From contig OZ250150.1 in NCBI GenBank assembly GCA_965237675.1, positions 5,540,659 to 5,604,658 on the forward strand: a stretch of DNA of 64,000 nt. Reading direction: 5' to 3'. Below the pieces are notes generated by a model, which saw only the letters and a program-made list of their open reading frames with translations, was not told the DNA's origin and searched no databases. A program made the translations under genes and the position numbers. How positions within the stretch are numbered: the stretch's first letter is position 1; each line of letters opens with the position of its first letter. This DNA comes from Candidatus Latescibacterota bacterium. Lineage in GTDB: Bacteria > Latescibacterota > UBA2968 > GCA-2709665. Shown here piece by piece: positions 38,205 through 46,219 of the stretch.

Positions 38205-41200
38205 CTATTCAAAGGTGCCCCTTGTGACGCGTCCGCCCTCGATGCTGCATCCTCCGGCAGCGACGCAAGTATAACGGGTTCCATCCTGAAGTTCGATCAG
38301 GCCGCCATTCTGGAAGCTGAGTACCGCGCGCCCTCCGCTTATTGTGAGGTTTGCATTCCGAAGAAGCCGTGGAACAAAGAAGCCGGTTGGGAAATTCGGG
38401 AGTGCGTCGCCGACGCCATAGGTGCCGCCACTGCTGCCGCCGACGGCGCTTACGGCCAGTCCCGATGGATCGACCAAACCGTCGGCGCTGGTGAGGAGGT
38501 CTTCGACGTTGGATCCATCGAGATCCGCGCGCTGGACCTTGTCCGCGTCGACGTCCGTCCAGTACATCTTGCCACCGGAAACGTCGAGATCCAACCCGTT
38601 GGGGCTTGTCAGGCCGCTGGTGACCAGGTCTTCGACGCTGGAACCGTCGAGACCGGCGCGCTGGATCTTGTGGGTTCCTCGGTCCGTCCAGTACATCTTG
38701 CCGCCTGATAAATCGAGAGCCAGGCCGGTGGGGCTGCTCAGGCCGCTGGAGACCAGGTCTTCAACGTTGGATCCGTCGAGATCCGCGCGCTGGATCTTGT
38801 CCGATCCGGGGTTCGTCCAGTACATCTTGCCGTTTGCAACGTCCAGAGCGATTTCACCGGGAAATGCCAGGCCGGCCAGGGTGAGGAGGTCTTCAACATT
38901 GGAGCCGTCCAGATCGGCGCGTTGAATCTTGCCGTTCTGCCGATTCGTCCAGTACATCTTGCCGGCGGACACGTCAACGGCCAGTCCGTACGGAATGCTC
39001 AGGCCGCTGGTGATGAGGTCCTCCACGTTGGAGCCGTCCAGATCAGCGCGCTGGATCTTTGCCGTACCCGTGTCCGTCCAGTACATCTTGCCGGCCGCCA
39101 TATCCAGGGCCAATCCGTCCGGCCCATCGAGTCCCGCGCTGCTCACCAGGTCTTCGACGTTGGAGCCGTCCAGGTCGCCGCGCTGAATCTCATCGGTGCC
39201 CCAGTCCGTCCAGTAAAGCTTCGACGCCACGGTGGGAGGCGGCGGTGGCGGCTGCGACGCGACTGTGACGCTCACAGCGGAGGAGCAGTTGTTTCCCGTG
39301 TCGGACTCGCCAGACACGGCATCCACACAGGCTCCGTAATAGTAGGTTCCGGAATTCGATGGGGCTGTCAAGTTAATCGATAGAGCCAGATCAATCGATC
39401 CACCATTCCCGCCGGAAGCCGGAAGGCCGTTCACGGCATCAGTGCCGACTTCCGTGTCGGTCGTCGAAATGTTCGCGTCGATCGATCGGTAGTAACGCAA
39501 CGTCGTCGCCGCGGACATACCATCACCCTGGTTGCGAACGGACGCACCCAGCGTAAAGGAGGCGCCGGCAGCGGGGCTGCTGTTGCTGACGGAAGGCGAT
39601 ACGACGACCAGGTCGGCAGCGCCTCCGCCACCACCGCCGCCACCATTACCACCGCCCCCGTTGCCTCCACCCGTTGCCGCCGTCCCCACGGCCACTCCCG
39701 ACGGATCGACCAGTCCGTTGGCTCCCGTAACCAGGTCTTCCACGCCCGAGCCGTCCAGGTTGGCGCGCTGCACCTTATTCGTTCCCGCGTCGGCCCAGTA
39801 CATCTTCCCGCCGGATACGTCAAGGGCCAGACCGTTTGGGCTATGCAAGCCGCTGGTGACCAGGTCTTCGACCCCTGAACCGTTGAGGTTGGCGCGCTGA
39901 ATCTTGTCCGTGCGCCGGTCGGTCCAGTACATCTTGCCGCCAGGTACATCCAGGGCGAGGCCGGTGGGACTGCTCACGCCGCTGCTCACGAGGTCTTCGA
40001 CCCCGGAGCCGTCCAGGTTGGCGCGCTGGATCTTATTCAGGCCCGGGTTCGTCCAATACATCTTGCCGCCGGACGCGTCCAGGGCCAATCCACCCGGAAA
40101 CGTAAGGCCGCTTGTAACAAGATCTTCGACGTTGGCGCCACTCAGATCGGCCCGTTGGATCTTGTTCGTCTGCCGGTTCGTCCAGTACATCTTGCCACCC
40201 GTCATGTCCAGCGCCATACCGTACGGTATTCCCAGGCCGGTGACCAGATCTTCAACATTGGAACCGTTGAGATCGGCCCGCTGTATCTTGTTGGCGCCCG
40301 CATCCGTCCAGTACATCTTGCCGCCCGCCATATCCAGCGCCAGTCCATCCGGGCCGTCCAAACCGGCGCCGGAGACCAGGTCTTCGACCCCCGAACCGTC
40401 CAGGTTGGCGCGTTGAATCTTGTCCGTGCCCCAGTCCGTCCAATAAAGCTTCGATGTTCCGGGGGCAGGCGGAGTCTGCGTCGTTACGGTCAGGGTGACG
40501 GCAGAAGAGCAGTTGTTACCGGTATTGGACTCTCCGGAAACCGCGTCGACACACGCTCCGTAGGTATAGGCGCCCGCGCCCGTTGGCGCCGTCAGGTTGA
40601 TCGACTCGGCGCTGGCGCCTGAGGCTGAAAGTCCGCTCACCGCGTCCGCGCCGACCTGCGTATCGCTCGTGGAAACCGACGCGTCGGTCGAGCGATAGTA
40701 GCGCAACGTCGTCGCGGCAGACGATCCGTTACCCTGGTTGCGGACGGTCGCACCCAGCGTGAAGGTCGCCCCCGAAGCCACGTTATTGTTGCTGACCGAA
40801 GGCGATTGAACAACGAGATCAGGGCTCCCGCCGTTCCCGCCGCCCGTTGAAGGCGGCGGACCTCCAAAACTCGCCGCAAAGATCAAAAAGTCCGTAAAAC
40901 CGATCGAACCATCGGAATTCAGATCGATCCCTGCATCGTACGTCCCATCGCCCTGCCGGGACCCGAACACGCTTGCAAAAATCAGGAAGTCGGAAAATCC
41001 AACGAAGTCATCGCCGTCGAAGTCGGGGGATGGCGAGGCGTTGAACGTGATCACGCCGGTGGTTGCGAGTTCGTCGCTCGAGGTCGTACTCTCGGCGAGC
41101 GTGACCGACTCGATGCCTATCGAAAACTCCCGCCCGGTAACGTCTGAAACCGTCGTAAACTCCGCGCGCGCCAGAAAGCCGGACGAAGCCAACGTAGCGG

Positions 41201-41549
41201 GGTTACCCGTTGCAAAGTGGGTGCCGGTCGAGCCTTCCGGAAGCGTGAGGGGAAACGCGCTGTTTTCGGCCTTGACAAAGGACAGGAGGGAAGCGTCAAA
41301 GTCAAATTCGATAGTCATACCGATCAGAGACGTCCTCACGCCCGTTGCAAAAACCTCGACGGCGATGGTTGTGCCCCGACCGGAAACTGTCCCCGACGTA
41401 ACCCCATTATCCGTCCGGTTGCCGGCCCCTCCATTGGGAATGAGGTCAACCGACAAAACGGCATTTGCATTGGGTCCGGCATACGCATGACCCGCAAAGA
41501 CCAGCAACCCGAGGACGGCAATCAACAACAAGCTCTTTTTAAAAGACAT
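38205..41549 (-). CDS. Adaptor-scaffoldin-like protein: cohesin-like + class B dockerin-like + 2 x (CARDB-like + 6 YWTD) + small C-terminal domain
   Basis: GAGGAG RBS, ATG at 41549 (MSFKKSLLLIAVLGLLVFAGHAYA). N-terminal module is homologous to those of 10782-13940; PDFDGDDFVGFSDFLIF...DLNSDGSIGFTDFLIF. Confidence 0.87.
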   Translation of the reverse strand: MSFKKSLLLIAVLGLLVFAGHAYAGPNANAVLSVDLIPNGGAGNRTDNGVTSGTVSGRGTTIAVEVFATGVRTSLIGMTIEFDFDASLLSFVKAENSAFPLTLPEGSTGTHFATGNPATLASSGFLARAEFTTVSDVTGREFSIGIESVTLAESTTSSDELATTGVITFNASPSPDFDGDDFVGFSDFLIFASVFGSRQGDGTYDAGIDLNSDGSIGFTDFLIFAASFGGPPPSTGGGNGGSPDLVVQSPSVSNNNVASGATFTLGATVRNQGNGSSAATTLRYYRSTDASVSTSDTQVGADAVSGLSASGASAESINLTAPTGAGAYTYGACVDAVSGESNTGNNCSSAVTLTVTTQTPPAPGTSKLYWTDWGTDKIQRANLDGSGVEDLVSGAGLDGPDGLALDMAGGKMYWTDAGANKIQRADLNGSNVEDLVTGLGIPYGMALDMTGGKMYWTNRQTNKIQRADLSGANVEDLVTSGLTFPGGLALDASGGKMYWTNPGLNKIQRANLDGSGVEDLVSSGVSSPTGLALDVPGGKMYWTDRRTDKIQRANLNGSGVEDLVTSGLHSPNGLALDVSGGKMYWADAGTNKVQRANLDGSGVEDLVTGANGLVDPSGVAVGTAATGGGNGGGGNGGGGGGGGAADLVVVSPSVSNSSPAAGASFTLGASVRNQGDGMSAATTLRYYRSIDANISTTDTEVGTDAVNGLPASGGNGGSIDLALSINLTAPSNSGTYYYGACVDAVSGESDTGNNCSSAVSVTVASQPPPPPPTVASKLYWTDWGTDEIQRGDLDGSNVEDLVSSAGLDGPDGLALDMAAGKMYWTDTGTAKIQRADLDGSNVEDLITSGLSIPYGLAVDVSAGKMYWTNRQNGKIQRADLDGSNVEDLLTLAGLAFPGEIALDVANGKMYWTNPGSDKIQRADLDGSNVEDLVSSGLSSPTGLALDLSGGKMYWTDRGTHKIQRAGLDGSSVEDLVTSGLTSPNGLDLDVSGGKMYWTDVDADKVQRADLDGSNVEDLLTSADGLVDPSGLAVSAVGGSSGGTYGVGDALPNFPTGFFVPRLLRNANLTISGGRAVLSFQNGGLIELQDGTRYTCVAAGGCSIEGGRVTRGTFE

Positions 41550-41702
41550 TGGGTAACACTCCTCTGTGCCAGGGAAGATTTCCGTCCGGACGTTGCCTCG
41601 GTGTGAAATTGGACGCTTAATTTCGCAACGTCGTGACCGACGCGCCTGCACCTGCTTTGCCGCAGGACTGAAAGGCGATGCCGACCGCCTGTACAGCTTC
41701 GT

Positions 41703-41726
41703 GGCATCCCTGAGTTCAGAGATGCC
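41703..41726. terminator. Stem-loop just downstream of the cohesin-CTD gene
   Basis: GGCATC-C-CTGA/GT/TCAG-A-GATGCC inverted repeat. No U-tract, so it may be an RNA stabiliser or processing hairpin rather than a terminator. Confidence 0.3.
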
Positions 41727-41741
41727 GTATGTTCTTCAGAC

Positions 41742-42551
41742 CTACTTCAATAACAACATTCGTTTGGAAGCCGAGAATGCGCCGGCCTGTATCCGATACA
41801 GATAGATGCCGCTTGCAACGCGCCTGCCCAACGCGTCCGTCCCGTCCCACGTTGCCGAAAACGATCCGGCATCCCTCCGTTCGTTCACCAGTACCCGCAC
41901 CTCCTGGCCCAGCAGATTATATATCGACAGCCGGACCGCCCCGGCCTCGGGCAACTGAAAGCCGATCACGGTGGCGGGGTTGAACGGATTCGGCATATTC
42001 TGCTCCAGATTGAATCGAACCGGCAATGGCTTCAGATCACCGATTTCAGCATGGGTCAACATGTCGACGGCGCCATCCAGACCGACCAGAACGCTTTCCG
42101 ATACCTGAAAATCAGACGACGCCGGTGTGCCGCTCGTCCTGAACACAAGCTCGACGAGCTTCCCGTCGCCGCTGGCGCCCTGGCGGTCGACCTTCACAGC
42201 GCCGATATCCACCTGTCCCGGCGTCCGGTTCGAGGACAGGAATAGCGTCTCCTGCCCGAAACCGGATTTCAGCAGGTTGCCGTCCAATTCCGTGGCATTC
42301 ACGAACTCGTATTTCACGGGATCGAATTGCAGCGAAAATCCGTATCCCTTCAGATCATTGGCCTGCGCCAACGTGACACGCAACTTCAGAATTCCGCTGT
42401 CGGCGTCCGGGTCATTCACGCGCTCCAGCTTGAGCGTTGCAGAGGCGTTCCGGCCGCCGGTAATGGTCAATCCGCGGGTCATGTCGCCGGCAAGTGCCGG
42501 TCCGGTCAACACAAACGCCGCACATACGGATGATATAAGACGAGTCCACAT
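41742..42551 (-). CDS. Cohesin-like domain + FlgD-Ig/T9SS-type CTD; putative anchoring scaffoldin
   Basis: AAGGAGG RBS, ATG at 42551, signal peptide; ANDLKGYGFSLQFDPVKYEFV...ASGDGKLVELVFR cohesin pattern; LEQNMPNPFNPATVIGF...WDGTDALGRRVASGIYLYRI...KRMLLLK. Confidence 0.85.
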   Translation of the reverse strand: MWTRLISSVCAAFVLTGPALAGDMTRGLTITGGRNASATLKLERVNDPDADSGILKLRVTLAQANDLKGYGFSLQFDPVKYEFVNATELDGNLLKSGFGQETLFLSSNRTPGQVDIGAVKVDRQGASGDGKLVELVFRTSGTPASSDFQVSESVLVGLDGAVDMLTHAEIGDLKPLPVRFNLEQNMPNPFNPATVIGFQLPEAGAVRLSIYNLLGQEVRVLVNERRDAGSFSATWDGTDALGRRVASGIYLYRIQAGAFSASKRMLLLK

Positions 42552-43629
42552 AACTGCCTCCTTCGTTGCCGTCACCCGAACGGTGACGTGGTGAGTACTG
42601 CCGACAGTGGCGCTGCCCGATCCTGCTTCCGATTCTCCGTCCGGAGGCCGGCGGGCACTTATATATCGGGCCGATTCTCTATCAGGGTTGTTGATGACAA
42701 TTTGCCTCAATCCGGAACGCATCCGATCGAACACCGTGTTTCTGTTTCATATCGCGTTAGCCGACTTGAAACCGCATTTAAGCCGAAGTTACAATCACCT
42801 CTCAGCTCTGCTGGACGGACGCGGCTTTCGCCGCGTCACCTCCTTCCGATTCTCCATCCGCCCACGGCAACGATCGGAAACCAGGCGGCGCACAACATTG
42901 AAGGTTCCGCGAAAGTAGACTGCTCGGCGGCTTTCACTTGCACACAAAACCGCAGTAGGAGGAATTACGCCGATATGGGATGGAGGGGACTGCGTGGAAA
43001 CGTGGAAAGACGGGCCCGGCGTTGCTACCACGCCGGAAGAGAGGAATGGGAAGGAAAGCGGGAGTGGTAAAACTCCCTTGAGATGATTAGTGCGATCATT
43101 GTGAGTCGCGCGGCGTGTCTGTCGACAAGACGCTCTCTCCGGGGCAGATGCGGCCGTTAGCACATGCCTCGCGGCCACCTGAAAGAGTACCATGTCCACT
43201 TCCTCCCTTTCGCCTGCAACAACCAGCGCGGAACCCGTGGGCAATCGCCAGCCAGTATTTGCGCGATGCCCCAGCGCGCTTCAACGGTGAGCGGTTTCGA
43301 ATGGATTAGCCGAATCCATTTTTAGGTTCCGGTTTCGGCAATGTTTCATGATGAAGACAAAGCGGCTTCAGCCGCTCAACGACTTACAATCGTGAAACAT
43401 AGTACAATTGACCTGGTACCCAAACTCCTTTCTCGCGAATTCTTCAGACCGACTCATACCCCGATGGGCTTGAATTCCCCAGAAGCGTTCGGCACACGAC
43501 GATTACAGATGACATCTGTAGTCAGACTCTACCGTGTCCGATGGGTATGTTGACTAATATAGACAATTCGTCCTTAGAACAACGCATGTGCTCATAGTGA
43601 TGTCAACGATTAAGGTTTGTTCCGACGTT

Positions 43630-44328
43630 CTAAACTTGTCCCAGTCTCCAATTTCTGCGATACGTGGTCGGGTTATTTCCATACTTCTCTTTGAAAGCCT
43701 TGCTAAACGTCGATAAAGATCCAAAGCCACACAGATAAGCGATCTCTGAAATGGAAGCCGTGGTGTTCTTCAGTACTTCTTCAGCCTTGGCCAGGCGAAC
43801 ATTCCGCAGACTCCTGCTGAATGATTCGCCCAGATGTTTCTTGAACAATGCATATCCGTAGGACTTGGAGAACCTGAAATAACGTTCGACATCTTCAAAT
43901 TTCAAATTGGGATTGGCGTAGTTGTCTTCGAGAAACGACTCCAGGCGGCTCGTCCACATGTCCTGCAAAGGCATATATTTTCTGATGTTCGCCAAAAATA
44001 CATCTCTATCAATTGGTTTATCAAATACGCTCATGGCAAATGGCTTTTGCGCTTGCTCTCCCAATTCCAGGGTTCCCAAACTTGTCACGAGTAGCATGGC
44101 TGTCTGAATTCTCCCTGCCCTCACGCCCTCCAAAAGTGTTATCCCATCCATTTCCTCGACACATGCCTCTACCACGGCGAGGTCAATCCGTTCTTCTCTC
44201 AACATTTCGAGTCCTTCAGCTCCATTTTCCGCGGTGACGATCTCATAGGGTTCGTCTTCCAGGAATCCTGCGAGTTGCGATGTTACAACAGGGTCACGAT
44301 CTACGATCAATATCTTACGCTTACCCAT
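43630..44328 (-). CDS. Receiver + AraC HTH transcriptional regulator, copy 1
   Basis: KILIVDRD...DLAVVEACVEEMDG...VTS...DKP receiver; ISEIAYLCGFGSLSTFSKAFK AraC motif. Probable ATG at 44328. Confidence 0.9.
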   Translation of the reverse strand: MGKRKILIVDRDPVVTSQLAGFLEDEPYEIVTAENGAEGLEMLREERIDLAVVEACVEEMDGITLLEGVRAGRIQTAMLLVTSLGTLELGEQAQKPFAMSVFDKPIDRDVFLANIRKYMPLQDMWTSRLESFLEDNYANPNLKFEDVERYFRFSKSYGYALFKKHLGESFSRSLRNVRLAKAEEVLKNTTASISEIAYLCGFGSLSTFSKAFKEKYGNNPTTYRRNWRLGQV

Positions 44329-44503
44329 TTCGTTAGGTCCCCCTGGACAACCAGAATTGCCCGTATTCACGGCACACAGATTTACCACGTACATACCTTG
44401 GTAATCTCCAGACCCGTGCGCTTCGGAGCAGGTCATTGCGGTGCACCCTTAGAATATCTATGTCGAAAATATGAAGTCAAGTCCGCAAGTTTGTTCGGGA
44501 GTA

Positions 44504-45202
44504 CTAAATTTGTCCCAGTTTCCAATTTCTGCGATATGTGGTCGGATTTCTTCCATCTTTCGCCTTGAATACCTTGCTAAACGTCGATAAAGATGCGAAC
44601 CCACACAGGTAAGCGATTTCCGAAATGGACGCTGAGGTGTTCTTCAGTGCTTCCTCGGCATTGGTCAGCCGAACCTTCCGCAGGCGGATACTGAATGATT
44701 CTCCCAGATGTTTCTTGAACAATGCATATCCATGGGTCCTGGAGAACCTGAAATGACGCTCCACATCTTCAAATTTCAATTCAGGATTGCTGTAGTTGTC
44801 ATCGAGAAACGATTCCAGGCGGCTCTTCCATATGGCCTGTAAAGGCATATGCTTTCTGATGTTTTCCAAAAATACATTTCCATCTATCGGTTTATCATAA
44901 ACGCTCATGGCGAAAGGCTTGTGCACTTTCACTCCCGATTCCAGGGTTCGCAAACTTGTCACGAGCATGAGGGCAGTCTGAATTCTCCCTGCCTTCACGC
45001 CCTCCAAGAGTGTTATCCCGTCCATATCCTCGATACATGCCTCCACCACAGCAAGGTCGATCTTCTCCTTGCTCAACATTTCGAGTCCATTTGTTCCATC
45101 TGCCGCGGTGACGATCTCATCAGGTTCGTCTTCCAGGAATCCTGCAAGTTGCGACGTTACAACCGGGTCACGATCTACGATCAATATCTTACGCTTATCC
45201 AT
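44504..45202 (-). CDS. Receiver + AraC HTH transcriptional regulator, copy 2 (tandem paralog)
   Basis: Same 699-nt length and very similar sequence to 43630-44328 (874-bp period). Confidence 0.9.
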   Translation of the reverse strand: MDKRKILIVDRDPVVTSQLAGFLEDEPDEIVTAADGTNGLEMLSKEKIDLAVVEACIEDMDGITLLEGVKAGRIQTALMLVTSLRTLESGVKVHKPFAMSVYDKPIDGNVFLENIRKHMPLQAIWKSRLESFLDDNYSNPELKFEDVERHFRFSRTHGYALFKKHLGESFSIRLRKVRLTNAEEALKNTSASISEIAYLCGFASLSTFSKVFKAKDGRNPTTYRRNWKLGQI

Positions 45203-45965
45203 TTCGTCAGGTCCCCCAAAACAATCAGAGTTGCCTATATTCATGCCCACAGATTTACAACGCACATGCCGTACGACATCTCCGGTTTAGAGCACGCCGG
45301 AGCACACCGTTTCTGTGCACATGATGCAAATCTGTGCCGAAAATCAGGTTGGAAACCGTCTTACTGGAAGGTACGCGTAGAGAGGATTCAGCTTGATCGC
45401 CTGAGTAGCGACCCGGAGAGGAAGTGAAACGCCTGGACTGCGGAAGAAACGACCCCAAGGATAACGAGAACAACGGGCTCGGCACACTGGCGGCGCCAAG
45501 CGCGAAGGGACGGGATTTGAGAGAAAACGCCATAGCCAACTCTGTGAACAGTCTTGTAAATTGGGCCTGATAACCGTTAACGAGGCATCTGCAAGGATTG
45601 TTTTCAACCTCCTGCAGAATTTACACCCAATTTACGTAATTATTTGATTTTACTTTATTTAAAATCTGTTCACATTGTTGATATCGACGAATTCCTCCCA
45701 AAGGGATACAAAATACGTTGGTGTCGATGACCTCGTGAGGAAAGGCGCGGCAAGTCGCGTCAGTCAATCCTGGTCATCATCAATTCCTGTCGACCATTGC
45801 GCTTCCCACGCCCTTACCCCGCGTAAAGTTCCAAGAAAAATCTGAACTGAACGATAAGTGTTTAAATTATCGAAACTTATAATTTTTGACCGTTCGTGGA
45901 ACTTTCATTAACTGTCCGAAACACTGACTGCGCAAAATGCGTCCTCAATACAACGGCCGCTCTTC

Positions 45966-46139
45966 GTGTTCTGTCCCTGAAATATGTCACCATTCCTCCG
46001 CCTGTCTGCGAGCAGTTTTTCCGCACAGGCAGGCCGGTTCATCGCGTCTCGCTGCGTTGCGTGATTTGCTTGCGTTGAGCGCCAGCCCTTCGTCGACTCG
46101 TCAGCCAAGTTTCGGCAATCTGTTTCCGGGACAGAACAC
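45966..46139. mobile_element. MITE-like element, copy 1 (174 bp)
   Basis: Ends GTGTTCTGTCCCTGAAA ... TTTCCGGGACAGAACAC form an inverted repeat; internal CCTGTCTGCG...CGCACAGGCAGG stem; homolog at 60894-61098. Confidence 0.7.
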
Positions 46140-46219
46140 TCGAAGCGAAAATGCACCCTGAATTATCCGGGCTGCCAAAACCCGGGAACGCGATTGGTGA
46201 CCCGACCAGCGGTTCTACG

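Noticed and set aside
1-42551. Diversity-generating retroelement or invertase shufflon behind the module variation
   Set aside because: No reverse transcriptase or site-specific recombinase in the window; no adenine-specific TR/VR pair noticed; all modules have the same orientation.
1-42551. A classical polysaccharide-degrading cellulosome
   Set aside because: No glycoside hydrolase, lyase or CBM motif was recognised in any tagged protein here, though such cargo could be encoded elsewhere.
1841-42734. Longer N-termini given by the ORF track (5083, 29170, 41651, 42734)
   Set aside because: RBSs, signal peptides and paralog alignment support downstream starts at 4960, 28801, 41549 and 42551.
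42795-43553. Small ORFs between the cohesin-CTD gene and the AraC pair
   Set aside because: No recognisable domains and conflicting frames; treated as intergenic.
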